DNA of 64,000 nucleotides from Desulfatiglandales bacterium (GTDB taxonomy: Bacteria; Desulfobacterota; DSM-4660; Desulfatiglandales; Desulfatiglandaceae): positions 6,976,001 through 7,040,000 of the forward strand of contig OY759599.1 of NCBI GenBank assembly GCA_963662465.1, read 5' to 3'. Shown one piece after another: positions 53,807 through 63,503 of this stretch (position 1 is the first letter of the stretch; each line of letters opens with the position of its first letter). Position numbers and translations under genes: made by a program. The notes under the pieces are model-generated. The model was not told the origin of the DNA, searched no databases, and saw only the letters and a list, made by a program, of their open reading frames with translations.

Positions 53807-53970
53807 TTCACTTCACCAAAGAGGCATGGGAACATTACCTGTATTGGCAGGCGACTGATAAATCCACCCTTAAAAAGATCAATATTCTGATCCGCGACAC
53901 AGTCAGGAGTCCCTTCAGGGGGCTGGGCAAACCTGAACCTTTGAAGCGAAATCTGGCCGCGGTTCAATAA
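53803..53970 (+). pseudogene. Txe/YoeB toxin, 3'-truncated
   Basis: AWEHYLYWQ..DK...KKIN.LI....RSPF.GLGKPEPLK, then stop; SRRI end missing. Confidence 0.88.
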
Positions 53971-54137
53971 AAAAAACTAACAAAACTACCAACATCCCCC
54001 ATTAACTCACAAAAAAACACGACCTGTTCTGAGTCCTTAATCTTTTAACCTAATCCGTGAAAATCCGTGTAAATCCGTGGCAAAAAACACAAATAAACCA
54101 GTGCAATAACGCAGTTAGATAGCAACGTCCCTCATTA

Positions 54138-54215
54138 TGCATGCCTGAACCTCCGGGAGAGATAAGGCTGGTGCATGGGGAAGATCGTGCCCGGCATGCC
54201 CTTTCGGAAGCGCTC
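54138..54215 (+). pseudogene. MBL hydrolase C-terminal fragment
   Basis: MPEPPGEIRLVHGE..ARHAL, homologous to ~23197-23270; follows site A. Confidence 0.75.
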
Positions 54216-54387
54216 TATCCCCTAAAAACAACAATAAACCAACCATGACCCCTATGAAAAAAATCCTAAAAATCCTGTCTAAAAATAAAGCAACAAAAGT
54301 GCCAACGTCCCCCATTACCCTCAATTGAGGAGATATGTGGGAGATATCGAGAATAGTGGAATAGTGGCAACGTCCCCCATTACACAG

Positions 54388-54530
54388 GTTTAAGGTGTAA
54401 GGTGTAAGGTGTAAGGTGTAGGGTGTAGAGGGGGTAGGAAAAAAGGTATAAGGCATAGGGTTTAAGGTATAAGGTATAAGGCGAACCCCGCACCTTGTTC
54501 CCTACACCTTAAACCTTAAACCTTAAGCTT
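54388..54530. repeat. Inverted heptamer repeats, (AAGGTGT)n ... (ACCTTAA)n
   Basis: Direct reading. Confidence 0.85.
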
Positions 54531-54668
54531 ACAGGCTATTCAGCCCATGCAGATCAAAGCATGCTGGTCAATTGGGTAAAAGCCATGCCTGAACCTCCGG
54601 GTGAAATCCGGCTTGTGCATGGGGAGAGCAGCGCCCGCCATGCCCTTGCCCGGGCATTGGGACTGTAA
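54530..54668 (+). pseudogene. MBL hydrolase C-terminal fragment (third allele)
   Basis: TGYSAHADQSMLVNWVKAMP..PGEIRLVHGE. Confidence 0.85.
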
Positions 54669-54708
54669 CCCTGCCACCAGACAACGACAATAAGCGAAGC
54701 CCCGTGCC

Positions 54709-55242
54709 TTGTTAATTGAGAATTTAAAGGACATGCTCGTTGAGCTGCGTGGCCAAAGTGTTTTGCTCGATAGCGATGTTGCCGAAATATACGGTATTGA
54801 GACAAAACGAGTCAATGAGGCAGCAAAAAATAATCCTGATAAATTTCCGCGTGATTACATGTTTGAGGTCAGCGAAGGGGAGTTTTCGGATTTGCGGTCG
54901 AAATTTTCGACCACAAAATTTGCAAAGACAAGAGCCTTACCGAAAGCCTTCACTGAAAAAGGTTTGTACATGATTGCTACGATATTGAAAAGTAAACAGG
55001 CTACAGAAGCGACGTTTGCAATCATTGAAACTTTTTCAAAAATCAGACAGCTATCAAGAAACATTCAGGAGCTATCGATTGTTCAAGATAAAGCGGATCA
55101 GAAAGCACTCATGCAGAAAAGTGGCGAGATTATCACTGAACTCCTGGATGACGACCTGCAAACAACCGACACAGAAACATCGATAGAACTGAACTTCGCC
55201 GTTTTGAAGTTCAAGCACGCGATAAAGAAGAAGAAAAAATGA
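54709..55242 (+). CDS. ORF6N DNA-binding protein (paralog of 45257)
   Basis: LRGQ.VLLDSDVAEIYG.ET, AFTEKGLYM.ATILKS. Confidence 0.85.
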   Translation: MLIENLKDMLVELRGQSVLLDSDVAEIYGIETKRVNEAAKNNPDKFPRDYMFEVSEGEFSDLRSKFSTTKFAKTRALPKAFTEKGLYMIATILKSKQATEATFAIIETFSKIRQLSRNIQELSIVQDKADQKALMQKSGEIITELLDDDLQTTDTETSIELNFAVLKFKHAIKKKKK

Positions 55243-55562
55243 GAAATATCGAATATGGGATTGCCTGTGCACGCTCTGCACGAACATCCCCAAGTCTATA
55301 TTTTCTTAAAAGCCCCTTTTTGCCCCAAAAAGGGAGTTTTAAGGCCTAAAATGGGGCCTTTTTTTCCATCTATTGTAGTTATTACAATGGGTTGCTGAGG
55401 TCCGACCCCAAGAGCTAGCGAAAAAAGTAATTAATCCAGTCATATAAATGATTTTCCTTTATGGAAGTCAAGGGGCTGAGCTGTATCAGCGCATCGGTAT
55501 TTTCAAAGGAAGAAGGGGAGTTAGGGGAATAACCTTACAAACCTTCCAACGTTAAGTATTTA

Positions 55563-55703
55563 TGGGATATTGGACGATCGGGCCGTCCAGCACTACTTTG
55601 AACTGGGCTGTGAGGTCGAAGGCCTGGGCCGCGGGCATGTTAAGCGAATCAAGGATCAGGTGCGAAACGCTTCTCAAAACCGGCAAGAAGAAACGGGGGT
55701 AAG
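55563..55703 (+). pseudogene. Possible C-terminal fragment of the nucleotide-sugar dehydrogenase family seen at 28803
   Basis: GILDD.....YFELGCEVEGLGRGHVKRIKDQVR; family link is from recollection only. Confidence 0.45.
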
Positions 55704-55708
55704 TCAAA

Positions 55709-55945
55709 ATGGAAACCATAATTGAGCTAAATGACAAAAAGATGCAGTTGAAGGAGTGTATTGCCCAAATAGAGAAAACGGGCAAAACTCTAATTATTTC
55801 CCGCGGCAAAAAGCCGGTGGCCAAGTTGATACCACACAAAAGCAAGGACCCGCTCAGTATGGACCCGACGTTGAGGGGTGCTTTTTTTGTCGATGACCCG
55901 ATGGCTCCCCTGTCGGAAGCTGATTGGCCCGAGGCGCTTCGATGA
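55709..55945 (+). CDS. Phd/YefM antitoxin
   Basis: G..LII.RG.KPVAKLIP. Confidence 0.85.
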   Translation: METIIELNDKKMQLKECIAQIEKTGKTLIISRGKKPVAKLIPHKSKDPLSMDPTLRGAFFVDDPMAPLSEADWPEALR

Positions 55946-56327
55946 TTCTACTCGATACGCACGCCATTGTTTGGCTTGCTTCAGACAGGATCGGTTTACG
56001 GAGAAGGGGCGAGCATTGATCAGGGATAATGCGGGCCAGTTGTATGTCTCTGTTGTGTCTGCGTGGGAGATATCCATGTTGCACAAACGAAATCGCCTGC
56101 AACTGCCCATGGAGCCGGAACAGTATGTTGATCGCCTCATCAAACAGCATGATTTGAACGAAGTGCCTTTGGAGCGAAAAGTTGTTCAGCTTTCTGTTCG
56201 TTTGCCTGATATCCACAATGATCCCTTCGATCGGGTGCTCATTGCTCTGTGCCGGGAAGAGGGATGGCTTCTTCTGTCAAAGGACAAAATTATTCGGAAG
56301 TACCCGAGCGTACAGATTGCATGGTGA
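55942..56327 (+). pseudogene. VapC PIN toxin, 1-bp frameshift near 55987
   Basis: MILLDTHAIVWL in one frame; VSVVSAWEI and H.DPFDR.LIA in another. Confidence 0.85.
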
Positions 56328-56630
56328 ACAATTAATCCCGAGGTAACAAATCTTGAACAAGGACCGGATAAACGGACACCTTCACCTTTAAGCTTTTATA
56401 AAAACAGCGTAATCTGTGAAATCCGCCTGCCCCGTTCAATTTTTACCCCGTTAAACCTTCTTTTTCCTTTGTTTAACTGGGGCACGCCAGTGACGAGTGG
56501 AACGTATTTAACCGGGGTGCCAAAAAAACTAAAGGTTCACCAGTAAAGTAACAAAAGCACCAACGTTATATAATAAAAAAACCAACAGGTTACACTCCCC
56601 ATTACACATCTGTGTCCTATTTTAAAAAAA

Positions 56631-57775
56631 ATGCAACTGACTCGAATCAAGATTGACAACTTCAAGTCCCTGGTAGACTTTGACTTGAACTTGCCTAAAT
56701 TTACCTGTCTCATTGGCCTCAATGGCGCGGGTAAATCCACAGTTCTGCAATGCTTTGATTTTTTAGCCCAGCAGTGCCAAGGGGATATTGAGGGGTGGCT
56801 TGATCGCAGGCATTGGTCCACGGCAGAGTTGAGTTCTCGGCTGACATACAAAAGCAACATTGATTTTACGGTCGAACTTGAAAAAGATGGTGGAGCGTTA
56901 TTGGAGTGGGATTGCAGTTTCAATCGAAAAGAACTGCGTTGTACGCGGGAAAGCATCACCGTCAATGGCCATCAGATTCTAAAGGTCGAGGATGGATATT
57001 TTTCCGTATCCGGGGGGACGTCTGCATCCAGTCAAAAACAGATCGATTTTTTCTACCAGGGTTCCATTCTGTCGCAGTTGAGGGAAACACATCTGCCTGA
57101 TGACCTTCTGGAATTCAAACATTTTTTTCACCATCTTCATGCCCTGGACATGCTTTCCCCGGAACTACTCCGTCAACGGACCAGGGAGTCTCAGGGCGGC
57201 CTGGGGATCGGCGGAGAAAGTCTTTCTGCCTTTCTGCATGAGGTCGGGGCGAAGCGACGCTCTGAAATCATCGACAAGCTGAAACAGGCCTATCCGCAAC
57301 TGCTGAGACTCGACGTGACCTCACTCCGTTCGGGTTGGAAGCAACTGGATATTACTGGAAATATGTTAAAAAGGTTATTTCCACTGAAGCCCGTCACGTC
57401 AGTGATGGCTTATTGCGCATGCTGGCGATATTTACCCAGTTGGGCAACGAACAAAGCTTCATCCTCCTTGATGAGATAGAAAATGGGATCAACCCGGAAT
57501 TGATCGAAATGCTCTTGGACAGTCTGGTAAAAAGTCCTCACCAGGTGTTGGTTACGACTCACAGTCCCTTGATTCTGAACTACCTGGAGGATGATATTGC
57601 GCAGGAGGGCGTCGTATACCTCTACAAAACCCCAGAGGGCCATACCCTGGCCATACGGTTCTTCAGCATTACCTCAATGGCCGAAAAGCTGTCTGTTATG
57701 GGACCCGGCGAGGCCTATGAAGACACCCTGCTGGTTGAATTGCAGGATGAGATCAACAACATCGTCATGGGAGAG
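56631..57775 (+). pseudogene. AAA_21/ABC-type ATPase, frameshifted or deleted
   Basis: IDNFKSL, GLNGAGKST, SDGLLR, LLDEIENG, TTHSP over two frames. Confidence 0.85.
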
Positions 57776-57789
57776 GCTTGGGGTGCTGG

Positions 57790-58220
57790 TTTTGACAAGA
57801 AAAGGTTGACGTTATGGCGGTCCTGTTCAAGGATTCGGACGATTCATCCAGCAGTGGCCGCGGCCTTTGGCAGGATAAACGAGAATCGATGCTCAAGGGA
57901 TTCACGAGAGAGAACTTTCATTACGGCGTGCCCATGGCGCCCAGGCCGATTTCCGAGGCATGGCTTCTCTGCGCATTACGGGAACGCTACCAGCACTGCG
58001 ACAGGCTGGAAGAGGAGTCTGGCCGGAGGCATTCGACTAACCCATTGAAGAAACAACTTGAAGAACACCTGTGCAAGCTGATGACACGGGAGCTTACTGG
58101 TGACAAAGATTCAACAGGGAGAATTGGACGTGTACCGCATCACCATGCCGAGTATGACGGCCTTTAAAGAACGATGCGATCAGGTTCTGGATTTGTTGAG
58201 TTTCCCTTCAGCCCCTAGGC
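57790..58220 (+). pseudogene. Fragment of the probable ATPase partner gene
   Basis: AVLFKDSD, GVPM.PRPISEAWLLCA, resembling DUF4276/RloB-like partner motifs. Confidence 0.5.
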
Positions 58221-58246
58221 AATAATATATTCGGTTACTCTGAATA

Positions 58247-58950
58247 GGACACGGATTTACACAGATGCACACAGATAAAAGCAAAAAATATCTACGTTTA
58301 TCTGTGTCCCATTTAAAAAGGAGGATAATTGGCTCGTACATTAACCCTTCATTCTCTTCATGTCCTTCATGGTAAAATACGCTGTAACCTCCCCATCTAT
58401 GACCCCGGCCCACAAGTCCTTTTGGAATCTACGTTTACGTTTCTTGGCGAAGGACGCAATTTACTGTTTTAGCAGCAATACCCGTGAATGAATAACGTTC
58501 ATCCTTATGGCTGATCTGTATTTCACCATGAAGGGCATGAAGACCATGAAGAAGTTCACTTTTGGAACTTAATAAGGGGAAGATAAAATCTGATTAAATG
58601 ATGTTAATTCAGACCTCGTTATTTCGCTCCGTTTTAAGACACGAAAAATGGACGTTTTGTGGCCCATCATGGCCTGTCATACGCTCATTATAAACATAAG
58701 TATTTGATGTTTCGAGAAGCTGAAAGCCAATGAACGTCCAATTTTAGTGTAAGGAACCATTTTTTTCAGGTTTTTTGACAGGATTTACATGATTTTATGG
58801 ATACTTACATCCATTTTCTTTTATCCTGTCAATCCTGTTAATCCTGTCAGAATATTGAGGTCTGTAATTTGAATATCTTTATGAGTTTTGAAAATCCGGT
58901 TCACTTTTTTCACACAGCCTCTTCATGCCCTTCATGTTCTTCATGGTAAA
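58247..58950. repeat. Non-coding cluster of nested REP-like palindromes
   Basis: GGACACGGAT..ATCTGTGTCC; ACCATGAAG.. / ..CTTCATGGT enclosing GACAGGAT.. / ..ATCCTGTC. Confidence 0.8.
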
Positions 58951-59062
58951 CCAAGCAATGTATGAATCAAATTCATTCACGGGTATTGGTTTTAGCAGCG
59001 TCCAGCTTCCCACAAGTGGAATTTATTGTTGCAATTTTGTGTAATATCTGTAAACCTAAACC

Positions 59063-59336
59063 ATGGAATTTGAGTGGGATGATAAAAAAAGCCGGAGTAA
59101 CCGGGCCAAACATGGCATTGATTTTCATACTGCCAAGGCTTTGTGGGACGATGACAACCGGGTTGAAATTCAGAGCCCTTACCCACTTGAAAGCAGGAAT
59201 ATTTTAATTTGGTGCGCTTGATAACAAACTATGGACGGCAATTTTCATAAGGCGCGGGAGTGCGCTGCGAATTATATCCGTCAGACGCGCCGGAAAGCGG
59301 GAGGCAAATCTCTATGGTCAAAAAGAAAACGGCTAA
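59063..59336 (+). pseudogene. BrnT toxin, +1 frameshift near 59210
   Basis: MEFEWDDKK..N..KHGIDF; paralog of 21356. Confidence 0.88.
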
Positions 59337-59580
59337 GAGCACAGAGGAATTTGATCGGAGATTCGATGATGGTGAAGACATCCATGAGTTGATTGACATT
59401 TCCAAAGCCAAAATTGTGCGGCATGGTCGAAAAGTACGTATCACACTTGATGTAGCAGAAGAGCTGGTTAAAGAAATTGACGGCATCAGGGATACGATCG
59501 GCGTGGACCGTGGGGCCTTGATCAAGGTTTGGCTGTATGAAAGGGTTAAACAAGAAAAGGCTTCGATTGCCAAGCGTTGA
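59314..59580 (+). CDS. BrnA/CopG-type antitoxin
   Basis: Paralog of 21606. Confidence 0.85.
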   Translation: MVKKKTAKSTEEFDRRFDDGEDIHELIDISKAKIVRHGRKVRITLDVAEELVKEIDGIRDTIGVDRGALIKVWLYERVKQEKASIAKR

Positions 59581-59862
59581 GTATGGATAACGACCCACCT
59601 GGGGTTTGGTTGATTGCTTTTCGTTTGTGGTTATGAAAGAAAAACGGATAAAACAAGCATTAACCTTTGATGATCACTTCCGACAAGCAGGCTTTCAAAC
59701 GCCGTTGCTTGGGTAAAGCACCGACTCCTCGCCCGGCTGCCCTTTTCAATACTGAAAGACGGGGTCGTGGGCTATTTTGAGGGAAGACCAGGAACGGATT
59801 GCTTCAATCATGGAAAAGACTGTAAGCCTGTGTTAACAAATTAGACTGGTTTCTACCTTTTT

Positions 59863-60051
59863 ATGCTGAATATTGCGCAACGAAAGACGCTGGTAACGAT
59901 CTTAATCGAAGTAGGCAAGTTTACTACTGTTGGTATGGTTATTGGCTATTTTGTTTCTCCTCGCCCAATTGCCGCAGGAGCGGCTATTGCCGGTGTACTT
60001 TTCGCACTTTGTTGTTTTGTAGTTGCTGTACTCATCAGCAAGGAGGTGTAG
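59863..60051 (+). CDS. Small 2-TM membrane protein in the duplicated cassette
   Basis: Near-identical to 36659-36847. Confidence 0.65.
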   Translation: MLNIAQRKTLVTILIEVGKFTTVGMVIGYFVSPRPIAAGAAIAGVLFALCCFVVAVLISKEV

Positions 60052-60052
60052 T

Positions 60053-60295
60053 ATGGATATTATGACATGGATCTTTTTATTTGGCGCCGCCATAGTGCTT
60101 GGTGTTGGTTTCTGGATCATTTCTGGATCATCCGGCAAGACCGGCGTAGGAATAATGCGGATAATACCAAATAGTACATTGCTTAACATCCAAAGACTTC
60201 CAAGGCAAGAAACCTATCCGCGTGTATCTGCGAAAATCTGCATCCCAATAGAGAAAATGACAGAGCAATGGAACACGATGTTCAGCGGTATTTAA
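60053..60295 (+). CDS. Small membrane-anchored ORF
   Basis: AGGAGG RBS; hydrophobic N-terminus; 3' extent uncertain. Confidence 0.5.
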   Translation: MDIMTWIFLFGAAIVLGVGFWIISGSSGKTGVGIMRIIPNSTLLNIQRLPRQETYPRVSAKICIPIEKMTEQWNTMFSGI

Positions 60296-60336
60296 CAAAG
60301 AAAGTTTGTCACGCTAGTCAACAACGTCCCCCTGCC

Positions 60337-60580
60337 TTATGAGATGGTTATTGGAGAGTTCTCAGCGGACATATTTGTGGAAAATGAAATCATCGTAGAA
60401 CTCAAAGCGGTTGAGCGGCTGATGAAAGTGCATGAAGTGCAAGTGGTGAACTACCTAACAGCATCGAAAAATGAAATTGGCCTCCTAATCAACTTCGGCC
60501 CAACAGGCGTGAAAGCAACCCGCAAATACCGAAAACCCCTCAACCAGGCACAAAGAATCAACCCAAAAAAAATCCTGTAA
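60337..60580 (+). pseudogene. GxxExxY 3' half
   Basis: Near-identical to ~46085-46326; begins just after site A. Confidence 0.88.
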
Positions 60581-60703
60581 AATCCTGTTAATCCTGTCTA
60601 AAAAAAATACAAAAAATTGTATCCAGTCAGAAAATGGATGCGCAAATTCTCACTGCAAAAAAAACCATTGACATCTTCACCGTCTTCGCCTAGTGTTCGC
60701 CCC

Positions 60704-61090
60704 ATGAACCATCTTTACGAACAAGAAATACGCTACAAAGTCCTGAAACTCCTGGCATCCAAGGCCAATCTCTCCCAGCGGGAAATGGCCAAACGAATGG
60801 GCATCAGCCTGGGTAAAACCAACTATGTCCTCACAGAACTGGCCAACAAAGGCATCATCAAAATAAAACGGTTCAAAAGCGCCCCCAGCAAAGTCCCTTA
60901 CACCTACACGCTGACACCCCAAGGCCTTGAAGAGAAGGCCAAAATAACCCTCAAATTCCTGAAACGGAAACTCTCTGAATACGAAGAGATCAAGCGACAG
61001 ATAAAAGAGATTGCAAAAGAAGCCGAAAAAGACAAAGTTCTCGATTACACAGGCGCCGACACAAACGAAGTATTGGCTCAAATCATTTGA
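60704..61090 (+). CDS. EPS-associated MarR family regulator
   Basis: SQREMAKRMGISLGKTNY, YTLTPQGLEEKA. Confidence 0.9.
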   Translation: MNHLYEQEIRYKVLKLLASKANLSQREMAKRMGISLGKTNYVLTELANKGIIKIKRFKSAPSKVPYTYTLTPQGLEEKAKITLKFLKRKLSEYEEIKRQIKEIAKEAEKDKVLDYTGADTNEVLAQII

Positions 61091-61199
61091 CGAAAGAAAA
61101 CAGCAATTATTCCAGTCATATAAATGATTTTCCGTTATGGAAATCAAAGAGCGGAGCCGTCTCCGAAGGCTGAGTGAGTGTTCCGAGAAGAGGTGAGAT

Positions 61200-61454
61200 A
61201 TGCTCAATCAAATCAATATTGAATATCCCCAAAATTTACCCGATATTCTTCAAACAACAAAGAAAGATTTTGAGAAAGAAGCCAGGATGGCAATGGCGGT
61301 AAAGTTGTTTGAAATGAAAAGATTGTCATCCGGGATCGCAGCAACATTGGCAGGACTTGACAGAGTCAACTTTTTGCTCAACCTTCATCGGTTCAATGTC
61401 CCAATGATAGACCTTGATGAAGATGAACTTCTATCGGATATCCAAAGTGCCTGA
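61200..61454 (+). CDS. UPF0175 family antitoxin
   Basis: MAVKLFEMKRLSSG.AA.LAG..RV.FL. Confidence 0.88.
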   Translation: MLNQINIEYPQNLPDILQTTKKDFEKEARMAMAVKLFEMKRLSSGIAATLAGLDRVNFLLNLHRFNVPMIDLDEDELLSDIQSA

Positions 61455-61944
61455 AACAAGAGAGCTTGTCATTAATACAGGACCTTTACTGGCCCTCATA
61501 GCCGGCATTGGCGACTTGTCATTGCTGGAGCCGCTCTACAAACATGTACTTGTTCCTTTTGAAGTCTGTCAAGAAATTGAAGCGGGAGGAACTTCCGGTT
61601 TTGGGGTAAGTGAATTTCGAAGAACCATGTTTATTGAAAAAAGAACGCATTTTTTGAATATTACTCCATTTCTTGGCAATGTACTCGATTTAGGCGAGGC
61701 TTCCGTTATTCAACTCGCTTTGGATGAAAATATTTGTACAGTTTGTATTGACGAGGCCATGGGCCGGAGAATTGCACGATTAAATGGGCTCCAAGTAACA
61801 GGTTCGATTGGGGTGTTAATCCGTGCAAAAAGAGCCGGATTTGATTTTTCGATGCGAGAAGCCACAAATCGAATGCGATCTAAAGGGATATATTTGAGTA
61901 AAAAAGTCATCGATTTTGCAATTAAGCAGAGCGGTGAAATCTGA
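61447..61944 (+). CDS. DUF3368 PIN-like protein
   Basis: VINTGPL.AL, LDLGEASVI.LA, IDE..GR..A...GL.VTGS.GVL..AK. Confidence 0.88.
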   Translation: MPETRELVINTGPLLALIAGIGDLSLLEPLYKHVLVPFEVCQEIEAGGTSGFGVSEFRRTMFIEKRTHFLNITPFLGNVLDLGEASVIQLALDENICTVCIDEAMGRRIARLNGLQVTGSIGVLIRAKRAGFDFSMREATNRMRSKGIYLSKKVIDFAIKQSGEI

Positions 61945-62219
61945 AAATGGTTATGAAGGTTACCAGGCCGAGAATATCTTCTTTATTGAAACAAAGTCAC
62001 AGGGCACCAACGTTCTGTTATCCCCTATCGTACCTTATTATAAAAGGGAAAGTGATGACATGTGAATGGAAACCTGGCAACTTAGCTGTTTCCCGAGCCT
62101 AAGCGGATACAGTGTTTATTCCGGATTCCGGCCGGGACAAACAATCCTTAAAATCCTGTGAATCCTGCCTGCCCCGTGAAACCCGTTTTGTTGTTTCACT
62201 GGGGTCTAAGAAAAACAAG

Positions 62220-63461
62220 ATGCCCCGCCAACCAAGACTTGACGCTCCAGGCCTCCTCCAACACGTCATGCCGGCTCCGTTCAATTCCGCAGGACAGCGT
62301 AGCGTATTTAACGGGGGCCCGGGGAATAGAACGACGAAAGATCTTCCTCGATGACAAGGATCGCGAGTCTTTCCTGGAAAGGTTCGCCAATATCCTTGAA
62401 GAAACCCAAACGCAATGCTACGCTTGGGCCTTGATTCCAAATCACTTCCATCTTCTTTTACGAACAGGCCCTACCCCACTCAGCAAGGTCATGCGCCGCT
62501 TAATGACCGGATACGCCGTGACCTTCAACAAAAGACATAAACGTTCCGGCCATCTCTTCCAAAACCGACCTGCCCGACATCGGCTTCGCCTTCAGGCGAG
62601 GCGGGCGGGTACAAATCCGTTGTGTGCGAGGAAGACACCTATCTCCTGGAACTGGTCCGCTACATTCACTTGAATCCGCTACGGGCGAGCCTGGTTCAGA
62701 ATCTCCAAGAGCTCGACAAATACCCCTGGACCGGCCACAGCGCCATCATAGGCCGACGAAAAAACCCCCTAATACCAGAGGTCAGCGATCAGAAGTCGGA
62801 AGTCAGCAGCCAAAAAACACCCAGAGCCCCCTCCGTCGCAGACGGATTGCCTTTTTCCCTTTCGTCCGGAAAGGGAAAAAAACAACAAAATAATCCTGAT
62901 AATCCTGTAAATCCTGTCAAAGAAAAAAAGCTGTTAGCCGAAAAGACCATCGAAGATACCCTCCTCCATTTCGCCGAAACCAAAAGAGCCGCTATAAAAA
63001 AGTATCGAGAATTCGTGGAAAAAGGGATCAAACAGGGTACCCGCGAAGATCTTCAAGGAGGCGGCCTTGTCAGGAGCGCCGGTGGAGATGCGGCAGGCCT
63101 TCTCGGGCGTAAAGCAGAAGAACGGGAGAAGGGAGACGCGAGGATTTTGGGGAGTGGTGATTTTGTTGAGACAACCCTTCACCAGTCTGAAAAATTGCTT
63201 GAAAGGAAATATGGACCCAAGAAAGCGATTGAAGATTTGATAAAGGATGTTTCAGAGGTTTTCGGAGTATCTCCTGAGCTGATTTGTTCAGGGAGCAGAA
63301 AGCCTAAAATCTCTGATGCCCGAGCTATTGTAGCACATATGGCGGTTGAGGAAACGGACCACAAGGCAACGGATGTAGCGAAACATCTTGGAATTAAGCA
63401 AACAAGCGTTCTACAATCGGTGAAGAAGGGGAAGGTTCTGTGTAATAGAGTAGGGCTATAA
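62220..63461 (+). pseudogene. RAYT type A transposase disrupted by two short palindromic insertions
   Basis: Homologous to 37342; extra 46 bp (62271-62316) and 41 bp (62569-62609); site A at 63482. Confidence 0.9.
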
Positions 63462-63503
63462 GCGTAAACTAGTGAAACAAGCAACGTCCCCCACCCCATT
63501 ACG

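Noticed and set aside
45257..55242. Prophage, suggested by ORF6N genes
   Set aside because: No structural, terminase or integrase genes
22118..63500. CRISPR array formed by site A or B repeats
   Set aside because: Spacing is irregular and gene-sized, and there are no cas genes
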